Assembly: GCF_018977255.1 (NCBI RefSeq)
Contig: NW_024704743.1
Coordinates: 9,426,001-9,490,000, forward strand
DNA length: 64,000 bases
Direction of reading: 5' to 3'
From: Callorhinchus milii
Lineage: Eukaryota
This document shows, in pieces, positions 1-12,491 of this stretch. The notes below the pieces were generated by a model, which was not told where the DNA came from, ran no database searches, and was given only the letters and a program-made list of their open reading frames with translations. Each line of letters begins with the position of its first letter. The stretch's first letter is position 1. Both the position numbers and the translations under genes were made by a program.

Positions 1-656
1 AAAACAATTCCATCCTTAAATCAAGTGCTCAGATTCCATTCTGCACGGCACCAAACATTCCGGCCTGAAGAATGCATCCACCCAACTTTTGTGGGAGCCT
101 TTTTTTGTTTGGGTAATTACATAGGCACACAACCCGTTGACATTGTGATTTGTTTGGAGAATTACGTGGGAATCAAACGGATAGAGAGCACTTCACATCT
201 TCACAAAGACGTGCTCTCACAGCAGATCTTCACTCCCAAAGCGCAAGAGACACATGCTGCAGGCATCCGTCAACAAAAACACAGAACGACTCCAAGCATG
301 TTACGGAGACAATTAGTGTAACCAGTGGGGTATTTGTGACTGATACCACAGATCATGAATCGAGTCTCAAACACACTACATTAATGGCATGGTCAGGTCG
401 CAGACTGATTAACTGACTGGTTCACTACAAATCCTGTTTACTAATAGCTGAGGTCTAATGAGGTTGTCGACTCCTTTTTTTTCCCCCTAAAAACAACAGC
501 TAACCTATTGTACATTCAAATGTTATCCCAATGCAACAGGAAATGCCTTCAGAGGACCAAAGAAGAGTCAAATTAGCAAGTCATTTTCCTATTACATGTA
601 CATTTGAACTTGATGCAGCTGAAAATAAACAGCACAGCTGATGTTTTTAAAAGCCA

Positions 657-815
657 ATGATAACAACAGCAAATTGCATTTATACAGTGCCTTTCACTTC
701 GGTCCCAAGGCGCCAGGCAGTCGAGGGTTTACAACTGAGCTGGGGCTTGGATTGGGAGGGATGGGGGCCAAAGAGGGATGGGGGAAAGATGACTGAAGGC
801 CCGGTCAAAGAGGAA
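657..815 (-). mobile_element. L2 LINE 3' end fragment
   Basis: (CAA)n-type tail plus degenerate L2 3' stem-loop and G-rich 3' UTR, matching other L2 copies in the window. Confidence 0.65.
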
Positions 816-849
816 AGTCTTGTACATCTTGGACTGATTCCATCCCCCA

Positions 850-1061
850 GTCACACTGCCTCACCCCCTCCTTAGCCTCCTTCATGTCCCGCCTCAAAAC
901 TATTCTCTTCGACCATGCCATCGGTCACCCCCTTCCCCACCCCTCCCTTCTCCCTCCCTGACCCCAGCTCGGGTCTGAAATGCTATACACTGTCCAGCGC
1001 CTTGGGACGTCCTCCCGATGTGAATGGCACTATACAAATGTAATCTTGTTGTTGTTGTTGA
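850..1061 (+). mobile_element. L2 LINE 3' end fragment
   Basis: cttcgaccatgcc...ctgtccagcgccttgggacgtcctcccgatgtgaatggcactatacaaatgtaa followed by (TTG)n. Confidence 0.8.
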
Positions 1062-1617
1062 ATTCTTCTTAGGACATGGGAGATACAAGAGGTTGCACTT
1101 TAAATACAATAGGAGCCTGGTATTCACTTAATTGCTGTTTGTGGGATTGTTTGTGTGCTGTAAGTAAAGTGGTTGCAGTGTTTGCCTACAAAATAGAATC
1201 AGTGCACTTTACAGTAATTAGTGTGAAGCGCTTTTAGATGTGAAAGGTGCTATAGCAAATGCAAGGTTTATTATTTGATTATTATTATTAAATTCCCACC
1301 TGGTCTAAGCTTGTTGGACCAATTGTGTCTTAAAATTTAAGATTAGGACGAATTGCGGTAAATTCTTAAGTTCGACCACAATTTTGAAGCCTTTTGTTCC
1401 TCAGATCTTCAAACTAACCACATTTTTGCACACCATACAAAACTAATTCCACAACAATGCACGGAAACAACTGAATACAACATTCCTGCAGTCTTCAAAT
1501 AAACTTCAGGAAACATATTATTGAAGGGAACGGGGAAAGCAAAAGGGTTAGTGCCCATGGCCGCAATTAGGGGAGCTTGTATCAGCAGACACGATGGGAT
1601 AAATAATGATAAAAAAT

Positions 1618-1980
1618 GAATAATTATTGCATGTGATATAGCACCGTATCGCATTGTTGAAGCATCTCAAAGCGCTTCACAGAATATATTTTAAATGTAG
1701 TGACTGTGTACTTGGTTGGCGAAACGCAGCAGCCAATTGTGCACAATAGTGTTCAACAAACAGTCGTGGAATGAGTGATCAATTTTATTTATTTATGTTT
1801 TGGAGGCATTATTACCCCTGGAAGCACCAAAACTAATAACTAGGTTCCAACTTAATGTTAGGTAAACAGATGTGCGTGGAATTAGGAAATTTGCCTGAGG
1901 TTTTGCCCTGCCGGGGAATCGAACCCGAGTTCTCTCACTTACAAGGGGAGTGTGCTAACCACTACACTACAGGACTCCAG
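1618..1980 (-). mobile_element. tRNA-derived SINE, family A (long variant)
   Basis: Head ggagtcctgtagtgtagtggttagc with B-box ggttcgattcc, central tgtttaccta segment, shared 3' tail. Confidence 0.8.
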
Positions 1981-3374
1981 AAATCCTTGATAATCCTTGT
2001 CTTTGATATCATGTCATCAAAACAACTGACGTTATTATGCAGAGCAAGCGTTTCCTGCAGCCAGAACATGCTCTGAGGCCAGAGCATCACCTGTGAAGCA
2101 ATGTGTGCAACATTGGCCGAGTGTCACCAGCTAGTGCATTCAGCAGCCAATTTTCACACAGGGCTTTAGTCTAACTATGCTTTTGTAGGCGAACCCGGTA
2201 AGACAATCTGCCCAGAGCAACGGCCCGCAAATAGCCATGAAGCGAATTGCCGCTTTCTGAACCACAAACATTTTGGGAATCCACTTTCGCAGCTACATCC
2301 AGACAGACATTTGTAAGGAAGCAAATTCTTCTAACAATTAAACTTTTACGGGTACACTTAATCACACGGCATTGGCATTGCAAAACCATTTCTCCACTGG
2401 GTTAGCCGTCATTACCGAGCAATTTCCTATGCAATTTAAAATCAAAACAGCTTGTTTCTATTACAGCCAAAACAACATAATAGAACCTTGCCAATTAGTT
2501 GGCCCTTTCCCTTCCTTATTTTTCAAATTCTACCAAACATATCTTGCATTAAGAAAAAAAATCCTGAGGCTAAATTGTGAGAAACATAAATGAAGCTTAA
2601 TGATGCTCTGGCTCTTTTGGAAAACAAACGCACACAAATTCTTCCTAACACTAGATTGGATGAGATAACATTTCTCAATGCTAATTTCAGAGTTTTTAAT
2701 GTACTTAAGCTGCTGACCTATGCCCTCCACCTCCTGGTTCTACCTCCATGATTTGTGGGAACCCAGATCTGTAAAAGAAGACAAGGGAAGAGACTTCGCA
2801 AATTAGGCCTTCCCGAAACTCATCTCGTTCTAAAAATCTAAATATCTAAATAACGTATTGCCAAGAGCAATATTTTTGGTAACTTTGCTTTTAAAAAATT
2901 GTCTCCCACCCACCACCCCCCCACTTTCCATTCTACTCATGTTATACACTCCTCGCAACACTCACCCCAACCTTAACATGTTGTCTAAAAAGGACAGGAC
3001 TTCCAAACATTGCAACATTCCCGCTACAATACACTGGAGTGTAAAATGAGATTAGACTGGGGGTTCAAGGGTGTGAGCGGCCCTTGAATTCACATTCTTC
3101 TGCCTGAGTGAATCTATGTGTCAAAGCCGTGATATTCGCAAAAAGGTGAAAAGGAGTCAGTGATTCCCAAACGGCATCCGAACATGAAACAAGGCTGGAG
3201 AGTGATACAAACAGTGGTGGGGAATGGCATTTCACTCCTGACTTTACTCTTCACACCGTCTTCTTTTGGAAACTGCACATGGCACTTCCCATCCCATTTT
3301 TGGGAATTTGGCAACGTAAGACCCATTAAGTTTCCATACAAACTGGGAAGCGCATCAGTGACTTTTTCTAATTT

Positions 3375-3889
3375 TATAATAATAATCCTTGCATTTGATA
3401 TCATAGAATCAGAGAATTACAGAATTATACGGCACAGAAGGAGGCCATTCGGCCCATCGTTTCAGTGACGGCTCTTTGAAAAGAGCTATCCAATTCAATC
3501 CCACTCCTCCGCTCTCTGCAAATTTGTCCTCCCCAAATAATTATTTAATATTGTGCCTTATCACATTTTCGAGACGTCTCAAAGAACTTCACAGAATACA
3601 CTATAGGGTGATTTGCCTGCATATTTTGTGAGCGAAACGCAGAAGAAAATTGCGCATAGCACTGTCCCATAAACAGTCGTGCATTAGGTGAACAATTTTT
3701 TTTCAAGGAAATATTACCTCTGGAAAAACGATCCGCCAATGGACTAACAGCCGAGTTCCTACTTACTGCTAGGTAAACAGAGGCGTGTGGAGTAAGGAAA
3801 CTTGCCCAATATTTTGCCCTGCCAGGAATCGAACTCAGGTCTCTCGCTTGTGAGGCGAGCGCTCTAACCACTGAGCTACAGGACTCCAC
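3375..3889 (-). mobile_element. tRNA-derived SINE family A (long variant), tail interrupted by a CR1 fragment
   Basis: Head gtggagtcctgtagctcagtggttagagc at 3889; body runs to ~3545; terminal caaatgcaaggattattatt displaced to 3375-3402. Confidence 0.85.
3403..3545 (-). mobile_element. CR1 LINE 3' end fragment
   Basis: Reverse complement reads gatgggccgaatggcctccttctgtgccgtataattctg..., typical of a CR1 3' terminus. Confidence 0.7.
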
Positions 3890-4107
3890 AGTTTTGAAGG
3901 GAAAGGGGAAACTATCCGTCATTAGAGCTTTACGGTATCAATCTCCATTATAATAAATAAGATCTCATCGGTTAGAAAGTACATAAACAATTTTTCAGCC
4001 CTGGCTCCTGGCTCCACAATTAGAAGAAATGAGCATCTCTGGACTGATGTCAGTGTTATATATAACTGTACCCATGAGACTTGAGTCCATTAGGAAAAAA
4101 TATAATT

Positions 4108-4416
4108 TAATAATAATAATTCTTGTAATTGATACAGCACCTTATTATGCCCTACATAAATTTCAAAGTCCTTTACGGGATTCTTCCTGACAAGTGTATG
4201 TGTTGGCAAACGCGACATTCAATGTGTACAACAATGTCCATGAGGCAAATGATCAATTTCATCTTATGGAATTCTTGGCTCCCTTTTCTTTTCAAATAGT
4301 GCTGTGGGATCTTTAATGTCCACCTGAACAGGTAGACAGGTTATAAAATCTCCAAAAATGCAGCACTTTTCCCAACACTGGTTAACATTGACAGCTCAAA
4401 GTCCCAATGCGGGACT
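4108..4416 (-). mobile_element. Deu-domain SINE (family B), decayed
   Basis: Contains the reverse complement of ctgttcaggtggacattaaagatcccacagcactatttga and the shared tail. Confidence 0.65.
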
Positions 4417-4493
4417 TAATTTAAAGCAGTACTACCTTTGGAACTCATATTGGCAAGCACAATAGTGTGTGAAAATCTGGATTCCTTTAGATT

Positions 4494-4910
4494 TAGCCTG
4501 GTTCAGTTGATAGCACTCTCACCTCTATGTCAGAACATTGTGAATTCAAGCCCCACATTGGGTCATTTGAGCTCACAGTCTAGGCTGACACTGACAAGAC
4601 AAGGTTGGAGATTATTGGAGATTATTGGACATTATTGGAGATGCCATCTTTCTAATGAGGCATAAACCAAGATATTGTCTGGATGTTAAAGATCCTACAC
4701 CACTATTTGAAAAGAGAGGTTTCTCCCAGTATCCTGATCAACAATCCTCCAGATAAAAATTGTCATTCACTTTATGAGTGCTGTGGGACATTCTGTGTGA
4801 ACATTGGGTGCCATGTTCAAATCTAAAATACCCAGTCACTCGATTTCACAGTAAATGCTACATATCACTTTGAGATAACTTCCTGACGTGAAAAGGCACA
4901 GTGTCAAAGT
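4494..4910 (+). mobile_element. Deu-domain SINE (AmnSINE1/SacSINE1-like, family B)
   Basis: tRNA-like head agcctggttcagttgatagcactctc, Deu-like core gatgttaaagatcc...cactatttgaa, L2-like tail. Confidence 0.75.
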
Positions 4911-4990
4911 GTCAAATAGGCTATGATAGTCAGGAACCAAAACTCCAGTTGGAGTTTCCCTATTTGCTAAGTCAAGCTGCTGAGAGCTAG

Positions 4991-5800
4991 ACAACAACAA
5001 CAACAACAAGATTTCATTTATAGAGCGCCTTTCACGTCGGGAGGACGTCCCAAGGTGCTGGACAGTTGGGTCGGGACCCGAGCAGGGGGAAATGGTCAGG
5101 GTGAGGGGAGGGAAGGGAGGGAGCGAGTAGAGAGTCGATTAGGGAGCTGAAGGCATGGTCGAAGAGAAAGGTCTTGAGACCGGCCTTGAAGGAGGAAAGA
5201 GAAGAAGCAAGGCGAAGGCACTGGGGGATGGAGGTCCAGAGCCTAGGGGCTGAGAGGCTGAAGGCCCGGCCACCGATGGTAGGGTGGTTGGGGTGGGTGT
5301 TGTGGAGCAGACCGGAGCCAGAGGAATGGAGGGTATGGGCAGGTAAGTAGGGAGATAGTAGGTCGGAGAGGTAGGAGGGAGCAAGGCCGTGAATGGCCTT
5401 GTAGGTGAGGATGAGGATCTTGAATTCGATCCTCTGGGGGATGGGGAGCCAGTGGAGGCGAGCGAGGGTGGGAGTGATGTGGTCGCGAAGACTGGTGCGG
5501 GACAGTACACGAGCTGCAGAGCTCTGAATGACCTGCAGCTTGTGGAGGGAGGTGCCGGGAAGGCCGGCGAGGAGAGAGTTCCCATAGTCCAGCTTTGAGG
5601 TGGTAAAGGCGTGGACCAGAGTTTCAGCAGCGTGAGGGGTGAGGTAGTGCCGTAGTCTGGCGGTATTCCGGAAGTGATGGAAGGCGGTGCCAGTTATGGC
5701 ACGGATATGAGGAAGAAAGGACAGCTCAGGGTCGAACAGAGCGCCGAGGTTCCTGACTGGCTTTGAGAGGTGGAGAGTGCAGCCTTGGATGCTGATGCTG
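4991..5800 (-). mobile_element. L2 LINE, 5'-truncated; C-terminal ORF2 reading frame still open
   Basis: ORF 5032..5829 (RNLGALFDPELSF...AETLVHAFTTSKLDYGNSLL...LHWLPIPQRIEFKIL...GGRAFSLSAPRLW) is L2 ORF2 C-terminus; stem-loop plus (TTG)n tail. Confidence 0.92.
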
Positions 5801-6052
5801 AACAACAACAACTTGCATTTATATAGCATCCCTCACGCAGGGTAGCATGTCAGAGTGTAGTTGTTGAAAGCGCAGCAACCAATGGTGGAATGGAGGGCAC
5901 GAGGTACACGCAGAAGACCAGATCCAGTCGAGCAGAAACAGCAGGTTGGGGGGTGAGCAGGTTGGAGAGGTAGGGAGGTGCCAGGGCATGAAGGGATTTG
6001 AAAACGAATGTGAGGATCTTGAAATCAACCCGCTCGGTGATGGGGAGCCAGC
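5801..6052 (-). mobile_element. L2 LINE 3' fragment, second subfamily
   Basis: WLPITERVDFKILTFVFKSLHALAPPYLS in ORF 5850..6140; distinct tail similar to the copy at 38215. Confidence 0.85.
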
Positions 6053-6893
6053 TAAAAATAGTGTTGGGGTCATATGAAAGGAGAAACACAAACGCAACCA
6101 CAGTATGCAATAGCAATAGACAGAGATGCTTCAAATACAACTTTTCTTTACCCAGCCAAAAAAGGAATAGATATTTACCCCCAGAACTTTCATTACCATA
6201 ACCTTTTTAAACTCTGTTTTAATCACCAAATTCATCACTACTATAACCAGGATTTACAGCTCTGGAATCCCAATGGTCTGAAAGTTGCAGAGTTTTAAGA
6301 TTCCTTTTGCTTTTTAGAAGATGAAAAAAGCTTTCAAAAATAAGATTTTAAAAAATCCAGATCTTGCATGGATCTAGCACAAGCTAGTTTTACTAATAAA
6401 CACTGACCTGCCCTCATTCTTCCATCCATGCTCTTGTCAATAATGTGGGCAGGAACTGGGGTTAAGGCCAAGTTTGCCACTGTTACTAAGTGAACCTGGT
6501 TTGCCGATTTTGATCTGTGCTGCATTCAAAGTAAACATCACAGGTTAAGCCCAATATTTTGGAGTGGCAATGTTTTAAAAGAGAGCTCAAATAAATATAA
6601 CAAGTAATCCAGTAGTTTACAATCAAGGATTATTGAACCCTAATAAAATCCTCCCTGTTTTTTTTCCCAATGGAAGTCAATTGACTTAAAATCCAAATAT
6701 ACTATTTTATTCGGCATTTTTGATAGTGTTTGTGAGCAAGTGCAAACTTATCTGGCTGCAGTGCTGGTCCCAGGAATATGCAGGGAAGCCAGTTCTGATG
6801 TTGCACATGCAGTGACTGATGTGGCTTTTAAGCATGTTCGCAGGACCAGCACTGCCAAACAAGTGAGTGGTGAGTGAACAATCCAAAATAAAC

Positions 6894-7310
6894 CAGCCTG
6901 GCTCAGGCGGTAGCACTCTCACCTCCAAGTCAGAAGGCTGTCGGTTCAAGAACCATGTCAGGTCTTTGATACTCCAAGCCCAGGTTGCCATTCCAATGCC
7001 GTGATGCATTGTTTGCAGTGCCACCCTTCTGATTAGACGATAAAACCATCGTCCCATCTGCCTGTTCAGGTAGATGTTAAAGATCCCATGGCACTATTCG
7101 TAAAGAGTAAGGAGTTTCTCCTGAAGTCTTAGTCAAAAATCCCCCAGATAAATTTGATCATTTACTTTTTGGCTGTTTGTGGGACATTGCTGTGCACAAA
7201 TTGGCTGCCGTGTTTGCCTATAAAATACATGGTCACAACACTCCACAGTTAATGCAGTGATGCACTTTGATGACATAAGTTGTTATATCAAATTAAAATT
7301 ATTATTATAA
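6894..7310 (+). mobile_element. Deu-domain SINE (family B)
   Basis: cagcctggctcaggcggtagcactctc head; tctgcctgttcaggtagatgttaaagatcccatggcactattcg core; gctgtttgtgggacattgctgtg...attattatt tail. Confidence 0.85.
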
Positions 7311-10029
7311 TAAATCCCAATTCTGACTGAATTTACCTGGAGGGCTTTTTGCATTACATCTCCAAAGATCATTTTTCAATATTAAAACTGCATTCTGAAT
7401 TCTATTTCAATATCCCACATGGGTAATGAGAGGCTATTTCTATAGCAATGCTGCTACTGTGCAGTCCCTGTTGTTTTGACTATTGTATATTGTTTATCAC
7501 AAAGTCCTGCGAGTGGATGTTTGGGAAGGAAATCCTACTCAACCGAGTATGTGAAAAGAAACTTAGTACAATCACAGCATCCTCCCCTCTCCCGCATTCT
7601 CCAGGACTAGTATCCCGGCTCGTGCAGGAATGGGGGGGTGAGGGTGGCGGGTGAGAGAGACAGGAAAAAAAGCACAAACAAGTTCCAATTCGTTCACCCA
7701 ACCTATTCATGGAAACAACAATGCTACGAGAAAGTGATTGATTTCATCATGCAATATTAAGTATTCTGTCATCCTCCAAAAAGGTCAAAGTACAAAGTGT
7801 CACTCCCAAGCTTCAATAAATCAGAATACTTCATCATCCCATTTCCTCTTTCGGCTTTATATATGGTCCTTTTGTTATGTGTCATTTTTATTTATTAGCC
7901 CGAGCCTTGCATTCCGCTGCTTGGAAGGTCCGAGGAGTCGGAGTTTGCTTAGACCTCTTCTATCAGGAGTTGATTAGAATTAGTTTACAAGGCTTGTGGG
8001 CCGCTGAATGTTGCTTTAATTCCCTCCCACTGGCCCTTCAGCATTTCATTACTTCTTTTATTCTCCTCAGTTTCTCGGTTCCGACTCTCTTTCCAACTCA
8101 CTGGCCCCATTTCATTTCCCATCTCACAGAGCTCCCTTTACAAGGTGCTGACAGAAAAATCCACAGTCACACAGAGGGACAGACTGCATGAAAATGGTGT
8201 CACTTTGCTCCCCATCCTCTCTCTAAACTCAGCAGTGTACTTAAAAACAAGATTTTTGGAACTGAAACAAAAATCAACCATTTACAACTCTCAAACCAAC
8301 CTTAAAGTATTTCTAGTTCCAAATCCCTGAAACGTTAGCAATAAAGTTATTAAACAAACATATAATGCTACATCTGCAAGTCATGTGATCCAGACCACTC
8401 TATTTTATCTTTGGATCCATTCCTTTCTATCATTACTTATGAATAATAATTATAGCGCAATATCATGCCGTTGAGATGTCTCAAAGCGCTTCACAGAATA
8501 TACTCTAAAATAATTTGACTATGTATTTTGTTGGTGAAATCCAATTAACTGCTGAAATTGAACAGTTCAGAGATCCGAAATGTCTTACTTTCTCAACCTT
8601 AAGGCCATAATCTTATTATTTTAATTTGGTGTAGAATTTTGGAAAAATCCTAAATTCAGTTCTTGAGAATTTTCCAATATTCTGTGCAGGTTTTAAGACA
8701 ACTGTGTTAAGGCCAAGACCATTGAGAAATGACAGACCTCTTGAGCACATTTCCCACTATGTGCTTCGTTGAACTGCACTCTGTGCCTCAATCGAACAGC
8801 TAACCTCTGAACTGTGGACCTCAGAGTGACCCTGGATAACTAAATAAATTAACCTTCACCCGCAGACATAACCTGCACTCAACCTCAGCCTATCAACTCA
8901 TTACCTCAACCTCCAACACCTAACTCCCAACCACCCTTCACCCTATCAGCTCTGCTCAAACTCCAACCAACATTACACTTTACCACAATCTCCCTGTTCT
9001 GCACAATCCAGACTCAGGACATCCCAATCGGACATCAACAGTATGACAGCTATGGCACAAGTGAAAGCTTTCCAGAGAATCACCCTGCTTGCAAGACAAC
9101 ACATCCGTACTGCTCCATAAGTGTTTGAAGACTTCTCCCTCACTACTACATGATTCGAACACAGCAGTTTATTTAAAAGCAATACTGTACCAACCTTGGA
9201 GAAATTCACTTGGCCTTAAACTTGAGAGTTAAATGGCCTGCCGTCACTTGGATTTTTTCTCAATACATCAAAGACCAGTTATGTTCCTGCAGCTCTCATC
9301 CCAACACCATTTCCACACGTATCAGAACAAATTTCATCACACAATGCCCCAGTAGCTTGCTTAGTTGTTCCACTTCAATAGCACATTAATGCCTTGACAC
9401 CTACTTTCAGGCACCTACTATCGGGTGCCTTTAGTCTATGGCTGCATCCACAATGGGTTACCTAAAAGCACACCTTGGACAAGGCTTGTAATGCAGTATC
9501 CTCCTGTGTGAATGCTCATTGCGGAGACAGACGCTGTTTGTACGGTATCAGTCTCTAACACGATGGTGTGTATGATAGATCGCAGTGTATGGAAATTAAA
9601 GCAACAGTTAATCTGGAGAGACACAGCATGGGAGAACTGAAAAATGGGGTTGCCAAAGTCAACTCATCTGTGGAAGAGCACTCTTGAGAATTAAATGATC
9701 AATAATCTTCACTGTAGCAGTCTTCAAGTACCCCGTTAATACAAAAATTCACACAAGACAGATGGTTTTGCTACGTAAATACTTGATTTCGGCTCCTTCA
9801 ATAACTCAGCGAGTGTATCCAATGATTAGCTGATCACGCAGACAAGGAAAGCATCAGGGTTGAATCCCTTGTCTGTGCTTAGTTAACCCGTTCTCAACTC
9901 GGTCTAAAGTAGAGGTGCTACAGTTGGCCTCAGTGCCTCAGGTTAGGAAGCTGATGGACAGGCTGTGGAGAGGGAGGGAGGGAAGAACACACAAAAATCA
10001 ACTACAGCTCCTGTCCAAAAGACGACAGT

Positions 10030-10300
10030 AACAACAACTTGCATTTATATATGTCCTTTTTATGCTGGGAGGATGTCCAAAGAACAACAATAAATTACAT
10101 TTGTATAGCACCTTTCACATCAGCAGGACATCCCAAAGCGATGGACAGTCAAGGATGTGCCTCCGAGTTAGGGGATGGGATCAGGAGGAGTGGAGGGCAG
10201 GGAGGGTACGGATATGAGGGTGACTGAAAGTGCGATCGAAGAGGAAGATCTTGAGACGAGCCTTGAAGGAGGCAAGGGACCAGATGAGGCGAAGGAACTG
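10030..10300 (-). mobile_element. Two stacked L2 3' ends
   Basis: Two (CAA)n tails (~10030 and ~10083) followed by L2 3' UTR and ORF2 end. Confidence 0.7.
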
Positions 10301-10894
10301 AATTCAAAAAAACTTTAATGGAAGGTACGTATTGCGTGAATACTGAGGGAGGACAGGAGTGGGTCCCGCTGTGCTGTGTTCGAACAACCGCCAAATGCTC
10401 ATTGTGTCAAAGATCACACAGCAGAGGGCTCCTACAGCTCTGTACTCCCAGGGAAGAAAACCCAGAAATGCCTTCAGGATAAGGGAAGAAAATTTGCAAG
10501 AGAAAACAAAATAGCATAAAAAATAATAATAAATAGTGGTTTCTAGAAAAAACGAGTATTGAATTATTATAACCCATTGAAGCTGCCTTCAGTAGTGGGA
10601 TGTAAACATTGCACTCAGATCAGGTTCTTCCCTTGACACAAGCATTACATTTCTAATTACTTTGCTGAAATGCTAAGATGATTATGTCTCAGGTTGTGGA
10701 GTGGTTTATTTGACTTCATGGAAGAGGCGTTGACATTTTGCTAATGTGTCAAGCCCCATCCTTCACGATGTATATTTCAAAGCGTGCTTCAAGCTGATCC
10801 ACCGGCAGCTGCAGTGTCGTGAATTAAACCTCTTCAGTGACTGTGGCTTAAGGGAAGAGAATCATTTCAGTGATCTGGCTAACAATCTTGCAGA

Positions 10895-11206
10895 TTAATA
10901 ATAATAATAATCCTTGCATTTGATATAGCGCTTTTCACGTCGGGAGGACGTCCCAAAGCGCTTCACAGAACACACTGTAAAGTGAATTGACTGTATATTT
11001 GTGGGCGAACGCGGCAGCCAATTGCGCACAGCAATGGCCCACAAACAGTCGTAGATTGAAAATGACCAATTCATTATTGTTTTTGGTTTCTTTTTGGAGG
11101 GATTATTATTATGCGTGTGGAGTAAGGAAACTTGCCCAAGGTTTCGCCCTGCCTGGAATTGAACTTGCAAAGCGAGTGCTCTAACCACTGAGCTACAGGA
11201 CTCCAC
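10895..11206 (-). mobile_element. tRNA-derived SINE family A (short variant), well preserved
   Basis: Very similar to 43566-43880 in opposite orientation; A/B boxes; (TTA)n tail. Confidence 0.9.
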
Positions 11207-12431
11207 AATTGCTCATTCACCTCAAGACCTTTTACAACAACAAGATTACATTTGTATAGCGCCTTTCACGTCAGGAGGATGCCCCAAGGCGCTTTTATGG
11301 GAGCTTGCAGGTGAAAAATACTGCTCCAACTGTTGAGAATAATAATAATAATCCTTTTATATGATATGGCACCTTTCATGTCAGGAGGATGTCTCAAAGC
11401 ACCTCATAGGCTTCACTGTAAAATGTAATGACTTGTATTGTGTAGGCGAACACAGCAGCCAATTCTCATGTAGCAATGTCCCATTACCAGCCATGAAGTG
11501 AATGAGAAATCTGAGCTGCAGTTTGCTTATAAAAACAGTTACTAAAATGTAACAGTATTTACAGGGTGACCCCGTTATAATGCTTCGGATTTGGATCAGG
11601 AGATTGTGTTATAACAGGCTCGGAGAGAGAAGAAAATAGCCGTTTTTAAGTGATAAACTGCAGCTCAGATTTCTCATTGACTTCATGGCTGTTAGTGGGA
11701 CATTTCTGCGTGCAAATTGGCTGCCGCATTCGCCTATACAAAACAAGTCAGGCTGCAGCTGACATCTCTCCCGATTCGGAACAGCTAGCCAGTCTCCTGC
11801 ACATGCATCCAGTGCGCAGCAAACCCACTGCTTTCACAAGAGTTTCTAACACGTGTAGGAACAAGCCAACCGCAACCCCCTCGCAAGTGTTTCTGTCATA
11901 CATGCAAGGGCTCAGATCAGTCCAGGTAGAAGAGTTCTGCATCTCTGGTTCCCCTGGGTTCTTAGTGATCTTGTGCTCCAGCAAGGCTGGCCTGTGTACC
12001 TGTGAAGTACTGGAGCCATTTCACTGTGATCAGGCAGTATAAAAATCAAAATTCTCTCTCTCTTTTCCTCGGCTTTGCAGCATTGAGGCTCAACCACTGT
12101 GCCTTCTGATAAAAACAAACTAGCAATGGTTGTTTTTCTGTACAGAATCATCATAAGACATTCCTATCCAGCCAGCCACAAGCCTGCAGATAAGGTGCTC
12201 AGCCAACTGTACAAATTCCCATTTCGGAAATCCCTTTTGCAGGGTTGATTATGTGGCAAGCTTTTAATTTATATATCTATGCAATAAAAAAAGAGGAAAA
12301 TAATTCGAACAGCTTTCAGTCATCTTCTAGAAAAAGGTAACTTTTGGCTGCACAGAAATGTTTTTGTTTGACAAAAGTACAGCAGCTCGAATAAGGGCAA
12401 AATATAAATTTCCCCACGGTGCGACACTCAC

Positions 12432-12491
12432 CCAGAGTTCAGCTGAGAGGCGTTCCATTACGTGGTGTTCTCTCGCACACAAACATTGCAT
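12432..12491 (-). CDS. Candidate alternative first coding exon of PARD3: (MQCLCAREHHV)MERLSAELW
   Basis: ATG at 12458 in strong Kozak context (GTAATGG), 9 codons, then consensus donor TGG|GTGAGT (12426-12431) in phase 0 like the exon-2 donor. Non-repetitive, locally CpG-enriched sequence. No transcript evidence available. Confidence 0.35.
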
